A stretch of 64,000 nucleotides of DNA from Synechococcus sp. (GCA_051439605.1 JBFRWN010000081.1:1-64000), one strand, 5' to 3'. Shown: positions 31,352-41,971, counted from the first letter of the stretch. Translations and numbers: made by a program. The notes: generated by a model not told the origin, from the letters alone.

Positions 31352-32050
31352 ATGTTAAGCAGCGTAATCCTCCTGAACAGTGGTGCGTTGAAGCGCGCCT
31401 TTTTCGCTGGCATGGCAGCAATGGCCATATGTTTTTCACCCGTCTCCGTTTCAGCGAATCCTGCTTTTGCCCCCACCACTCAAGAGGCTTTGTCGGCTGC
31501 GGTAGCGGATGAGAACTGGTCGCTGGCGATCGCGTTGGTGGATCGCCTGATCGTCGAGCAGGGCGCCGATCGCGATTTGTTGGACTACCGTGCCCGATTG
31601 GAGAGACTGAATACGGCAGCGCTACTCTCTGCTGCAGAAGCTGATACAGGGGGTGGAGCTGGGGGGATGTCAGTCATTCCAGGTCCTAACGCACCCGATG
31701 CGATTGCATTAGAGCGGGAACAACAGCGACAGGCACAATTGGCAGCCCGAGAAGCACGACTGGCCGATCGAGCCGCTCGTCGAGAACAGCGTAATGAAGA
31801 ACGAATCCTGCGAGCAGAGAGTCGCTATTTACGGGCCTTAGAACGGGAATCTTTGGCCCGAACGAATGCCATTAATTTCAACAACTCTCGTAGGTGCGCG
31901 AGCGCTTATTGTGGTCGACCTCGATATGGTTTTTATCACGACCGTTTCTTTGAAGACCGCCATTACTACTCCCCCCATCGCGTGCAACCCCGCCAACCGG
32001 TCATTCATCACGCTCCACCAGTGCGCACTCTTAGGCCAGCGAACTACTAA
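31352..32050 (+). CDS. Hypothetical secreted protein
   Basis: Signal-peptide-like N-terminus (VSA), helical domain, R/E coiled coil, Y/H/R-rich tail; AGGA RBS. Confidence 0.7.
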   Translation: MLSSVILLNSGALKRAFFAGMAAMAICFSPVSVSANPAFAPTTQEALSAAVADENWSLAIALVDRLIVEQGADRDLLDYRARLERLNTAALLSAAEADTGGGAGGMSVIPGPNAPDAIALEREQQRQAQLAAREARLADRAARREQRNEERILRAESRYLRALERESLARTNAINFNNSRRCASAYCGRPRYGFYHDRFFEDRHYYSPHRVQPRQPVIHHAPPVRTLRPANY

Positions 32051-32059
32051 TAAGGTGGG

Positions 32060-32686
32060 TTAACGCCATCCCAGCATAATAATCGATATGCCGAACACGA
32101 GGGCGACCGCCGCCATGCCCAAGAGGGTTGGAAACCCTTGCACTAAGAAAGCGATCGCCATGCCCACGGCAAAGCTTCCCGCCAACACAATCAGCCGCTG
32201 TAAGAAGGGGGCTGTTCTCTCGACAATGCGCTTGCAAGGGTTAAAGATTAACGCTATTCCAATCGCCGATAGGGATGCGACCACAAAATTCTGGGCGGGG
32301 TTGAAGGCATAGGCGGTAATACCTATAACTCCCAAGATCAATAATGTCAGCCGATAGGGAAGGTAGTCTTGTCGCCACTCGTCGGCAGCGCGAGGATCTG
32401 CATCGGGGCTGCGTTCGTAAGCGAACGAGCTGACTCTTTGGGGGTCGTTCTCGCGATCGCGAATTGGGAGCGCGAATACGTTAACTTTTTGAATATCAGG
32501 GGCGAAAGCCGCATCCAGGCCAGTATTGATGATAGACAAGATGACGGCAGCCTCGGGGAGTTCACCGGGAATGTGACGCACCAACACCTCTAAGATGGGC
32601 CCTTTCTGCCGCACCTCCGCCAAACAATTATAGGGCTGCAGTTGCTGCTCCAGGATGAACTCTAAATCTTTGATTAGCCGCCTCAT
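32060..32686 (-). CDS. Hypothetical membrane protein
   Basis: Soluble N-terminal ~110 aa, then four predicted TM helices. Confidence 0.7.
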   Translation of the reverse strand: MRRLIKDLEFILEQQLQPYNCLAEVRQKGPILEVLVRHIPGELPEAAVILSIINTGLDAAFAPDIQKVNVFALPIRDRENDPQRVSSFAYERSPDADPRAADEWRQDYLPYRLTLLILGVIGITAYAFNPAQNFVVASLSAIGIALIFNPCKRIVERTAPFLQRLIVLAGSFAVGMAIAFLVQGFPTLLGMAAVALVFGISIIMLGWR

Positions 32687-32817
32687 GTTTACCGTTTCAT
32701 CACCTTAGGGCGAATCTCTGTAGGGGGTTAGCCTAGGATTCAGTTGTTAGCCCGATGCAATTTGCTGCTGGTCTCAGTGTAGCGAAGCTGTAGTGCAGTC
32801 ACTAGACACATCTGCCT

Positions 32818-34056
32818 TTATCTTTTGCGGTTTCTGCTAGAAACTTCCTTTAATCCAAGCCTCTCTGCTCCTATATGAACGGCATGGAGATGGGGTTCGA
32901 TCCATGCCAGGAGATAGGTCTTTTTACAGGACGGGTATTTTTTCATGCCGTCAGCGATCGTTTGTAATAGCCGTTCAGTCAACTCGCCCAAATCTAACTC
33001 CGAAGTTGCTGCTCCCAAGATTGGGAACAGAATCGTTTTAATCTCTGAGTTCTTCTGGGCCAAATCAGCAAATTGACTATAGACATTTCTGATGCAGTCA
33101 TCGATGAGGAAATCCATCGTTCTGTATCCATCCCCAATTGAACCTTGCATGGCTGCTATGTGAAATACATATTTAATTCCCAGTTGGGCCAGTTGATTAG
33201 TGGGGGTGGCTACAACCGAACCCGGGACAAGTGGCATTTGATGTCCTTGCTTGCGGATTTGGGCCTGCAGTTGTTCATTCAGCGAATCTTCAAGAATATT
33301 GCCACCTTTTGTTTTCAATGCGTCAAGATACCGAAGTGTTCCTGAAATGCAAGGATCGTAGAAGCGAGCCAATTGGAGGTCTATTGTTTCTAAGCTAGCA
33401 ATCGTATCAACTTGTAGATCCCCCAGCTGCTTGAGGTCGCCCTTCACAATCTCAATGTGCCGATTGGAATCGAAGGGCAATGTGTAGACTTTGTCCTGAC
33501 CTGAAGGGAGTGGTTCGGGACGAGCCGTCTTGTTCATCGCCCTCAGTTGCTGTTCGTATCTAGGCTGCTGTCCGTAGCCGTAAGTCTCGAAAAGACTGGG
33601 GGTAGACCAACCTGCTTGATGAACGGCCTTGACATATTCGTAGACCTCGTCAGCATAAACTCCCTTGATGAGTTGGGTGATTGGCTGGAGTGCATAGTGA
33701 ACAACGCGTAAATCTTTGATATCGAAGGGGATCTCCTGCCCTTTCTCAAGCAAAATGATCGCAGGCCGTGCTGCCGCCTGGGCAACGGCCAATTCATAGA
33801 AAACATTAGGATTGTGTTCGGTCAAGATGGCTACACAGAGGTCAGCACCAAGGATCGCCTCGAACATCTGTTTGGTGATTTGCCCCATGGATTGGATGTG
33901 GTCGGCCCGCACAGCATCGATGTCGATGTCGAATTTCTGCTTGAATTTCTTCATCGCAGGTAGAATTATGAACTCAAGCACATCATCTGCGTGGCCTCGG
34001 GTCTCTGATTTCTCTGCGCCAATAGGACTGATGACAAAGCATTTTTTCTTAATCAT
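32818..34056 (-). CDS. Nucleoside 2-deoxyribosyltransferase/TIR-like domain fused to macro domain
   Basis: N: CFVISPIG...RAD...I...ADL.VA.LT..NPNVFYELA...IPFDI...R; C: IEIVKGDL...ARFYD..ISG.LRY...PGSVVAT...IKYVFHIAA...TILFPILGA. Confidence 0.8.
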   Translation of the reverse strand: MIKKKCFVISPIGAEKSETRGHADDVLEFIILPAMKKFKQKFDIDIDAVRADHIQSMGQITKQMFEAILGADLCVAILTEHNPNVFYELAVAQAAARPAIILLEKGQEIPFDIKDLRVVHYALQPITQLIKGVYADEVYEYVKAVHQAGWSTPSLFETYGYGQQPRYEQQLRAMNKTARPEPLPSGQDKVYTLPFDSNRHIEIVKGDLKQLGDLQVDTIASLETIDLQLARFYDPCISGTLRYLDALKTKGGNILEDSLNEQLQAQIRKQGHQMPLVPGSVVATPTNQLAQLGIKYVFHIAAMQGSIGDGYRTMDFLIDDCIRNVYSQFADLAQKNSEIKTILFPILGAATSELDLGELTERLLQTIADGMKKYPSCKKTYLLAWIEPHLHAVHIGAERLGLKEVSSRNRKR

Positions 34057-34338
34057 GAGCAGACCGAATATTACTGATCGATTGTTGTTCTCTTGCTAGG
34101 GAAAAATCCTCTGAATCAACTATTTTTCCAGTAAAAAGTTGATTATACGGGATTCACTATGGCGTGAGTCTCACTATATCGCTAGATTATTTTATAAATT
34201 TCCTAAGTATTTTTGCTTTCAAACTCAGCCAACGGTTGTCAATGTTTTCAACCCAAACCAACATCAATGTAAAACCGACGCGAAGGCAGATCCGTCTGAC
34301 TTTGGTACGTTGAGAACGTTATTTCGTCCTCACCGGTA

Positions 34339-35403
34339 ATGCCCTTTCATCCGTCTGATTCGACCCATCTCGACGCTTGGTTCGATACCATTCAACAGCT
34401 AGTGATGCATCATTCCCCGAGCGGTCTGGAAGTAGAGGTCGATCGCCTCATCCTGGACCATCTGCAGGCGCTTGGAGGAGAGGTTTGGCAAGATCCCTCC
34501 GAAAACATCGTGATGAAAATTCCCGGCCGGGATTCGTCTAAGGCCATTGCCATCACCGCCCATAAAGACGAAATTGGAGCGCTGGTTAAAGAAGTTAAAC
34601 CGGATGGCCGGCTATCGGTACGTCGATTAGGGGGCTCTTACCCCTGGGTGTACGGAGAAGGGGTGGTCGATATCCTCGGCGATCGCCGCACGGTGCAGGG
34701 GGTACTCAGTTTTGGCTCCCGCCACGTCTCCCACGAGTCCCCCCAAAAGGGGCAGCAGGAAGACAAACCGGTTCTTTGGCCGGATGTATGGGTGGAAACC
34801 AAATTGAGTCCGGAAGCATTGGCAGAGGCCGGGGTGAGGCCGGGGACGCGGATGGTGATTGGAAAGCATCGAAAAGCTCCCATCAGATTGGGGGACTTTA
34901 TCGGCAGCTACACCCTAGACAACAAGGCCTCCATCTCAATTATGTTGGCGGTTGCAGAGCGGCTAGAGAAGCCTGCCATCGATCTCTACTTGGTGGCATC
35001 GGCCAAAGAAGAAGTGGGGGCATTAGGAGCTCTTTATTTTAGCCAACAGCAGAAGCTGGATGCCATGATTGCTCTCGAAATCTGTCCTGTGTCTAGCGAA
35101 TACCCAATCGATCATAACGACATGCCGGTGTTGCTATCTCAAGATGCCTACGGACTGTATGACGAATCTATCAACGGCCACATTCGGGCTGTGGCAGAGC
35201 GGGAGGAGATTCCATTGCAACTGGCAATTTTGCAGGGGTTTGGGAGTGACGCCTCGATTGCAATGAAATTTGGTCACGTCCCCAAGGCCGCCTGTCTGAG
35301 TTTCCCCACCGAAAATACCCACGGATACGAAATTGCCCATTTAGGGGCGATCGCTTCCTGTGCTGATTTACTCGTAGCCTTTTGCGAAACCTACAGGGGG
35401 TAA
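34339..35403 (+). CDS. M42 family metallo-aminopeptidase
   Basis: HSPSG.E, TAHKDEIG, LDNK, KEEVG..GA, GSDA, HGYE. Confidence 0.9.
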   Translation: MPFHPSDSTHLDAWFDTIQQLVMHHSPSGLEVEVDRLILDHLQALGGEVWQDPSENIVMKIPGRDSSKAIAITAHKDEIGALVKEVKPDGRLSVRRLGGSYPWVYGEGVVDILGDRRTVQGVLSFGSRHVSHESPQKGQQEDKPVLWPDVWVETKLSPEALAEAGVRPGTRMVIGKHRKAPIRLGDFIGSYTLDNKASISIMLAVAERLEKPAIDLYLVASAKEEVGALGALYFSQQQKLDAMIALEICPVSSEYPIDHNDMPVLLSQDAYGLYDESINGHIRAVAEREEIPLQLAILQGFGSDASIAMKFGHVPKAACLSFPTENTHGYEIAHLGAIASCADLLVAFCETYRG

Positions 35404-35509
35404 AGCCATTTATCTTTCATTGAGGGATAGGATACTGCCCGACCGAGCCACTGTTTCTTTCAAGCGATTACAGTAAAAGGAGAGATTCTATCCATACACA
35501 TCCAAGCAA

Positions 35510-36508
35510 ATGTCGAAACAGCCGATGTCAAATCAGCCTATCTCGAATGACCAGTCTTTTATCCAGATCAATTGGAGAAAATGGCTGCGTTCTGCGATCG
35601 CCATTGTTCTCGCGGCAGTACTGATCTTGTCCCCCGCTAGCAGCGTTTGGGCACGTACGGGAGGACGCGCAGGTGGGGGCAGCTTTAGCCGCCCCAGAAT
35701 GTCAGCCCCCCGCCGCGCACCCAGTTCCAGCCGGGGAGGTTACGGTGGTGGTGGCTATTACGGTGGGTACGGTGGCGGTTTGGGATTTCCCCTGCTGTTC
35801 CCCATGTTTTTGGGGGGCGGTAGCGGCATTTTTACCCTCCTAATCTTTATGGGGGTGGGTAGTTTTGTGATTCGGGCCTTGCGCAGTGCTCGCGATGAAT
35901 CTCAGGCACAAGCAAGCGCCAACCCCAAAGTAGAAGTGGCCGAACTGCAAGTAGCATTGCTGGCCAATGCCCGCAGCCTGCAAAATGAGGTCGATCGCCT
36001 AGCGCGCAACTGCGATCCCAACAGCCCCAGCGGTCTGAGCAAGCTGCTTCAGGAAGTGACTCTGTCGCTGGTGCGCCACGATGAATATTGGGTTTATGGT
36101 AATAGCTCTAGCGAAACGACTCGCCTCAATCGAGCAGAGCAAAAGTTTAATCGGCTGTCCTTGCAGGAGCGTAGCAAGTTCAGCCTGGAAACGCTGGTCA
36201 ACACCGATAGCCTCACCTCTTCTGCCCCCTTGCTGGAAGAAAATAAGGCCGAAGATAGAGTCGATGACCTACTATCAGAATCCGGCGAATATATTGTCGT
36301 AACTCTACTGGTGGCGTATGAAGGATCTACGAGTACACTACCTGTAGTAGATTCATCGGAGTCTTTGCGACGTTGCTTGATGCAGTTAGGTGCCGTACCT
36401 GCCGAACAGTTAATCGCAATGGAAGTTCTATGGACTCCCCAAGCGACTGGCGACACTCTCTCGGCTATTGACCTGCAAACCGAGTACCCGCAGCTCCGCT
36501 TGTTGTAG
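35510..36508 (+). CDS. DUF1517 domain protein (FLAP1-like)
   Basis: GGRAGGGSF, Gly/Tyr linker, LQVALLA, ERSKFS.ETL, EYIVVTLLVA, EVLWTPQ. Confidence 0.9.
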   Translation: MSKQPMSNQPISNDQSFIQINWRKWLRSAIAIVLAAVLILSPASSVWARTGGRAGGGSFSRPRMSAPRRAPSSSRGGYGGGGYYGGYGGGLGFPLLFPMFLGGGSGIFTLLIFMGVGSFVIRALRSARDESQAQASANPKVEVAELQVALLANARSLQNEVDRLARNCDPNSPSGLSKLLQEVTLSLVRHDEYWVYGNSSSETTRLNRAEQKFNRLSLQERSKFSLETLVNTDSLTSSAPLLEENKAEDRVDDLLSESGEYIVVTLLVAYEGSTSTLPVVDSSESLRRCLMQLGAVPAEQLIAMEVLWTPQATGDTLSAIDLQTEYPQLRLL

Positions 36509-36522
36509 TGGACTGTTCCCCC

Positions 36523-37284
36523 ATGACTTCTAAATCCCCTTCGCGATCTTTTGAGGAGATGGAGTCCGATGCAGACGCCCTGATGGACGAACTATTTCGG
36601 GAGGTTGAAGCATCCTTTTACTCTCCAACAGCTCTTACCAGCGGGGGAGACCCGCCGCCCCCTAACGAAGAGAAAGATGAGACTGCTGGCTGGTCTTGGG
36701 CTTGGTTGGGTGTGGGTGTGGCAGCGGCGATAGCTGCTCTGACACTGTGGTGGAGTTTTGTTCGCTTGCCGAAACAGCTGGCCCTGCAGTCAGGGGATGT
36801 CCAAACCACCGTTGATATTTTGGCTGATGTGGATACTGCAGAAACTGAAGGTGTCTCAGCCTCATCCGACTCGGTGTTGGCTGAGGGCGATGCTGCCGCT
36901 GATGCAGATTCGGAAGCGTTATCAGATACTGCGGTATTGGTAGAGGATCCCCCTCTTGTTGCAGAGGAGCTTCCCTCTGAGGGGATTGAAGTGGATCAGG
37001 CGGAGATTGACCGTATTCTTGCCGCCACCGCTCCCCCGCCTGTGTATACTCCCCCGGCTCCGGTGGCCTATGCGCCCCCGCCCCCACCCCCTGCCCCCGA
37101 TATGCGGCTGGTGGGCATTATGAATGCTCCCAGCGGAGGCCCAGTTGCCTTGGTGATGGTCGGTAACAACATGCGGCAATTTGCCTCTGGCGAAGCCATT
37201 GACGGGGGGTGGCGAGTGGCTTGGATTGGCGAGCGCAGCATCAATGTTACCAATGGTGCTCAATCGAAGGTTCTGGGTTTATAG
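36523..37284 (+). CDS. Bitopic membrane protein with Pro-rich linker and C-terminal T2SS-C/PilP-like beta domain
   Basis: E.DADALMDELF N-terminus, one TM helix, PPPP linker, LVGIM...AL......GE.I..GW.V. Confidence 0.6.
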   Translation: MTSKSPSRSFEEMESDADALMDELFREVEASFYSPTALTSGGDPPPPNEEKDETAGWSWAWLGVGVAAAIAALTLWWSFVRLPKQLALQSGDVQTTVDILADVDTAETEGVSASSDSVLAEGDAAADADSEALSDTAVLVEDPPLVAEELPSEGIEVDQAEIDRILAATAPPPVYTPPAPVAYAPPPPPPAPDMRLVGIMNAPSGGPVALVMVGNNMRQFASGEAIDGGWRVAWIGERSINVTNGAQSKVLGL

Positions 37285-37312
37285 GTATCTTAAGGCCAGA
37301 ACAGAATTTCGC

Positions 37313-37356
37313 GTTCAAGGGGAGATCTCACTCTTAGAGGAGATCTCCCCTTGAAC
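37313..37356. repeat. 17-bp perfect inverted repeat
   Basis: GTTCAAGGGGAGATCTC-10 nt-GAGATCTCCCCTTGAAC. Confidence 0.9.
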
Positions 37357-37426
37357 CATCTCTGCGATGTGTGGCCTAGCAGAAATTCTGCCAACTTCGG
37401 GCTAACCTTTTCCGTACAGACCTCGC

Positions 37427-39190
37427 GTGAATTCTCGAATGTTTGCCGCTGTCCTCAAATCTACCACCGCCACCATCGCCGCACTGCTGATAGTTAGCGG
37501 CAGTGCAACAGCCGCCTTTATCAAACCCACCCGCAGCGAAGGGGGGATCGTGGTATCTGCTCATCCTCTTGCTACCCAAGTAGGAGCCGAAATGCTGGTT
37601 TTAGGCGGCAATGCCGTCGATGCAGCCGTGGCCACCGCACTGGCAATTTCTGTGGTGGAGCCCTTTTCAGCCGGTATCGGTGGGGGCGGATTTTTGCTGT
37701 ATTACGATGCAGAATCCGGTGACATTCAAGCGCTGGATTTTCGGGAACGAGCCCCCCAGGCAGCAACGCGAGATTTATACCTAGATGCTGATGGAGAGGT
37801 GATTCCCAGCCTCAGTTTGGACGGTCATTTGGCGGTGGGGGTCCCAGGCACGATCGCCGGTCTGGCAGCCATTCATGAGGCGCGGGGACAGCTGGATTGG
37901 GCTGAAGTGGTAGCTCCAGCAATCGCCTTAGCCGAGGAAGGTTTTGCAGTGGGCCACCGCTTTGTTAATGCGGTCGATCGACGTTGGCAGGTGCTGTCTC
38001 AGAATCCTGCAGCACTGGAGACGTTTACCAAGGCGGGGGAAAGACTCCAGCTGGGCGAGACCCTGGTTCAGCTCGATTTGGCCCAAACGCTAGAGACGGT
38101 GGCGGAGGACCCGCAGCAGTTTTACGAGGGAGAGATTGCAGACGCGATCTCCGCCGATATGGCCGCCAATGGTGGACTTATCACCAGTCCGGACCTAGCT
38201 AATTATGAACCTGTCTGGCGGGAGCCGCTGTGCGGCCCCTTTCGGGAAACCACTGTCTGTTCCATGCCACCTCCGTCTTCCGGAGGCGTCCATCTGCTGC
38301 AACTCTTGAACTTAATTGGCGATCGCGACTTAGCCACCGCCGGATGGCACCATCCCGACAGTTTGCACCTGCTGATCGAATCGATGCGGATTGCTTATGC
38401 CGATCGTGCTACCCATCTAGGAGATCCAGAGTTCTACGATGTGCCCGTCAGCCAGCTCATCGATCCAGGCTATGCAGACCTTCGTCGCCAAGACATCGAC
38501 ATGAAAACAGCACAGGACTCGGAGGATGTAAGGGCCGCTGATGCTGCCATGCTGGCAACGTTTCAGGAGTCTGAGGACACCAGCCACCTGACCGTGGTAG
38601 ATGGCGAACGCAATGCCGTCAGTCTTACCTTCACCGTCAATGGGGGCTTTGGGGCTGCGGTGGTGGCAGAAGGGACAGGCATTCTACTCAACAATGAAAT
38701 GGATGATTTTGCCGCCGCGCCTGGGGTGCCTAACCTGTTTGGTCTCATTGGGGGAGAGGCTAACGCGATCGCCCCTGGTAAAACGCCCCTGTCCAGCATG
38801 ACCCCGACGATCGTGACGGAAAACGGTCAGCTGAGGTTAGCTACTGGTTCTCCGGGTGGTAGCACCATCATCACTACCGTTCTGCAAATTCTGCTCAATG
38901 TATTGGAATACGACATGGATGCAGGGGAAGCGGTGGCTGCCCCGCGACTGCACCATCAATGGTTGCCAGACAGCACCCGCGTAGAGAAATGGGGGTTCGA
39001 TACCGCCACGCTAGAAGAATTACAGGATCGGGGGCACGAACTGGTGGAGCACTTGGGGTGGGGGGATGCTGGTGTGATTGTAGTGACTCCGGAAGGATGG
39101 CTGGAGGGAGCTGCAGACCCACGCGGGGAAGGCATAGCTGTAGGAGTAATGGATGGGGTATTTGTTTTACCTCAAGCCATTGCTCCTTGA
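37427..39190 (+). CDS. ggt: Gamma-glutamyltransferase
   Basis: GGNAVDAAVA, DFRERAP, PPPSSGG, TSH nucleophile, LNNEMDDF, PLSSMTP, GSPGGS. Confidence 0.97.
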   Translation: MNSRMFAAVLKSTTATIAALLIVSGSATAAFIKPTRSEGGIVVSAHPLATQVGAEMLVLGGNAVDAAVATALAISVVEPFSAGIGGGGFLLYYDAESGDIQALDFRERAPQAATRDLYLDADGEVIPSLSLDGHLAVGVPGTIAGLAAIHEARGQLDWAEVVAPAIALAEEGFAVGHRFVNAVDRRWQVLSQNPAALETFTKAGERLQLGETLVQLDLAQTLETVAEDPQQFYEGEIADAISADMAANGGLITSPDLANYEPVWREPLCGPFRETTVCSMPPPSSGGVHLLQLLNLIGDRDLATAGWHHPDSLHLLIESMRIAYADRATHLGDPEFYDVPVSQLIDPGYADLRRQDIDMKTAQDSEDVRAADAAMLATFQESEDTSHLTVVDGERNAVSLTFTVNGGFGAAVVAEGTGILLNNEMDDFAAAPGVPNLFGLIGGEANAIAPGKTPLSSMTPTIVTENGQLRLATGSPGGSTIITTVLQILLNVLEYDMDAGEAVAAPRLHHQWLPDSTRVEKWGFDTATLEELQDRGHELVEHLGWGDAGVIVVTPEGWLEGAADPRGEGIAVGVMDGVFVLPQAIAP

Positions 39191-41175
39191 ACCATCTTCT
39201 CAAACGCCGCCTGCTCCTCGGGATTGCCCACCACCAACAGGCGATCGCCCCGCTCAAAGATCGTGCTTCCTAAGGGATAGCGCTTAATTTTGTTCTTCCG
39301 CTCGATCGCGATGATGGTTGCTCCCGTCACTCGGCGCAAGTTAGATTCCACAATGGTTTTGCCCACTAGCGGATTGCGTTCTCCCAGCTCGTACCAGCGA
39401 TGATCTAATCCTTCAACTGCTAATTCCAGCTGCTGCGATCCCCAATATTCCTCTCTCTTGGGCAAAATATCCCGATATCGTCTATTGCGATAGCGATTCA
39501 CTAACTGCTGCACCATATAGGTGGAATCTCCGAGCTTCAGCAGGGTATGTGCCCCGATCTCTAGGGCAGCTTCAAACTCTGGCTGTACCACCTCTTGGGC
39601 ACCCAACTGATACAAGGTGTCGATCTCTACATTCACGTGGGCGCGGGCAGTGACATCTAGATCGGGAGCTAAGCTGAGGGCACGCTTGAGAGTGAGGCGG
39701 GTGGCCATCGGGTCAGGGAGGGTGATGGCCATGGTGCGGGCTGCCGCCAAGTTTGCTTTTTCTAGCACCAGCATGCTAGAGACATCCCCCAACAGGTAAG
39801 GGATATTGCGATCGCGCAGAGACTGGAGTACCCCTTCGTCGTTATCGATTACCAAAATGGGGTGCTGCTGAAAATCCAACATGCGCACGAGGGTCTGACC
39901 CACGCGTCCAAACCCCGCCACAATCACGTGATCTTTGAGCTCCCCCTCCTCAAATCCCACCAATTGAGGGGGATGGCTTTGCAGCAGCAGGTTGAGATTA
40001 GGCGATCGTTCCATCCATCGCAACAGGCGCGGAGTCAGCCGCAACCCAAATGGTGTCAGCAGTAACGTGACTGCAGTTGTCCCCACCACCAAGCCATACA
40101 GGTTCTCGGTAAAGACCCCAGAGGACTGTGCCACCCCTGCCAGGACGAACGAGAATTCTCCAATCTGGTTGATGCCCATCCCCACCGTCAAAGCTGTCTT
40201 GAGGGGGAACCCGAACAGGCGCACAATTCCTGTCACAACGATCGCCTTCCCCACCATCGCGATCGCCACTAAGCCCACCAAAACTCCGACGTTCTGCAGC
40301 AAAAAGAGGGGATTAATTAAGAGGCCAATAGAGGCAAAGAATAGGGTGGCAAACACATCTCGCATCGGCAACAGCCGATCGAGGGCATGGTCTGCATACT
40401 CGACGTTCGATACCATCACCCCAGCCACAAATGCCCCCATCTCAATTCCTAGTCCAATGGCCGAGGTGATCAGAGCAATTCCAAGACACAGCCCTAAGAT
40501 GCTGAGTAAAAACAGCTCTGGCGAACCTTGCTGAGCCACCAGTCGTACCAGATTTGGAATCAACCACTTTCCCGCCAGGATGGCGCACACTAGAAATCCC
40601 GTTACCTTTAACAGCGCCATCAACAGGGCTGTCCCAATCTCTTCCGTTGGCTGCGTCAACACGGGCAAGACCGCTAACAGAAGTCCTAGCCCCAAATCCT
40701 GCACGATCAAAATAGCCAGCATGATTTGTCCGTGGGCAGTTTGCACCTCGTTGCGCTCTAGCAAACTTTTGAGCACCACGGCCGTTGATGACAGCGAGAG
40801 TACGGCCCCCAGAAACACCGCTTTGGGGAGAGTGGAGGCCCAACCGGTGGCAAATGCAAGCCCACCCCCCAACAAGATAGTCAGCAAAATTTGCAGGGTG
40901 CCTCCCCCTAGAGCTATGGTGCGCATGCGCAGCAGATCCTTGAGGGAGAATTCCACCCCCAGCGCAAACAGCAGCAGCGCCACTCCAATTTCTGCTAAGA
41001 CTTGGATATCGCCCTCTAAAGCCACCAGCCCAAAACCAGAGGGACCAATCACCATCCCTCCCAACAGGTAGCCCAGCAGCACCGGTTGCTTGAGGCGGCT
41101 GGCCAGGTAACCACCTGCCGTTGCAGCCCCGATGACGGTCACCATTTCCACAATGAGATTTAAATCTGATGCCAT
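39172..41175 (-). CDS. CPA2 cation:proton antiporter with TrkA-N and TrkA-C domains
   Basis: LSSTAVV, QD motif, GEFSFVLA, VAGFGRVG, C-terminal RCK-C. Confidence 0.92.
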   Translation of the reverse strand: MASDLNLIVEMVTVIGAATAGGYLASRLKQPVLLGYLLGGMVIGPSGFGLVALEGDIQVLAEIGVALLLFALGVEFSLKDLLRMRTIALGGGTLQILLTILLGGGLAFATGWASTLPKAVFLGAVLSLSSTAVVLKSLLERNEVQTAHGQIMLAILIVQDLGLGLLLAVLPVLTQPTEEIGTALLMALLKVTGFLVCAILAGKWLIPNLVRLVAQQGSPELFLLSILGLCLGIALITSAIGLGIEMGAFVAGVMVSNVEYADHALDRLLPMRDVFATLFFASIGLLINPLFLLQNVGVLVGLVAIAMVGKAIVVTGIVRLFGFPLKTALTVGMGINQIGEFSFVLAGVAQSSGVFTENLYGLVVGTTAVTLLLTPFGLRLTPRLLRWMERSPNLNLLLQSHPPQLVGFEEGELKDHVIVAGFGRVGQTLVRMLDFQQHPILVIDNDEGVLQSLRDRNIPYLLGDVSSMLVLEKANLAAARTMAITLPDPMATRLTLKRALSLAPDLDVTARAHVNVEIDTLYQLGAQEVVQPEFEAALEIGAHTLLKLGDSTYMVQQLVNRYRNRRYRDILPKREEYWGSQQLELAVEGLDHRWYELGERNPLVGKTIVESNLRRVTGATIIAIERKNKIKRYPLGSTIFERGDRLLVVGNPEEQAAFEKMVQGAMA

Positions 41176-41304
41176 CCAGGGTGTTTGCGTGCAGGGCTCT
41201 TTTGACACGATAGCCTCTACCGCCGCAACAAGCGGCTAAGCGGACAACATCCACTGATTATTTTGAGAGGACGACAGCTTATAAAGAGGGGGTTCCTCAG
41301 GCTG

Positions 41305-41766
41305 TCAGAGATCGAACAGCGCCCCCCGATTGCGCAGTTGTTTGATTTGAACGGGGGTCAATCCATTTCCTAGACCAAAACGACAGCCTTCCACCAGCGC
41401 ATCGGTCCAATTGGTCAGACTGAGACTGGTCCCCCGTAAATCAGCTCCACGCAGATCTGCGGCGATTGCTTTTGCAAACAACAAGTTGGCATCCCTCAGA
41501 CTTGAGTCACTCAGGTTCGCCCCAGACAAATCTGCCCGAATGAAATTGACTGTATCCAGAAGCAGCCCCGACATGTCCGCCCCATGCATTTGGGGAAACT
41601 TAACTTGTGCGGGTGTCTTTAAAAAGCGCTCTACGCAAATACTATTTGCCTCTGACAGCACCATCGGCACTAAAAATTTGCTGTAGCGCAGTATGCCAAG
41701 GCGATCGAGCTCTTGGCGTCGGACGTCGGGGGACGCAGTTAGAAATTGTTCGCCGGTCAAAATCAC
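41305..41766 (-). CDS. Pentapeptide repeat protein
   Basis: ADLSGANLSDSSLRDANL...ADLRGADLRG; L..RGA C-terminus. Confidence 0.85.
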   Translation of the reverse strand: MILTGEQFLTASPDVRRQELDRLGILRYSKFLVPMVLSEANSICVERFLKTPAQVKFPQMHGADMSGLLLDTVNFIRADLSGANLSDSSLRDANLLFAKAIAADLRGADLRGTSLSLTNWTDALVEGCRFGLGNGLTPVQIKQLRNRGALFDL

Positions 41767-41971
41767 GGGTCAGCTCTATTGCTTGAGAATATCAATTGAC
41801 AGGGGCGTTTCAGGCAGACATCAGATTTGACAACGCAGATATGACTGGAATGCCAACATGATTCCAAATGTATTGAGTTAGTTCGCGATTATTCTCTGGG
41901 TAGCCAGTGCTGCTTGTCTTGCGATTGTCTTGAAGAAAAATTCAAAAAGGGGTGTCACGTGAAAAGCATGG

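Noticed and set aside
40442..41254. 270-aa alternative-frame ORF
   Set aside because: Overlaps the CPA2 antiporter in another frame; G/R/A-rich off-frame composition
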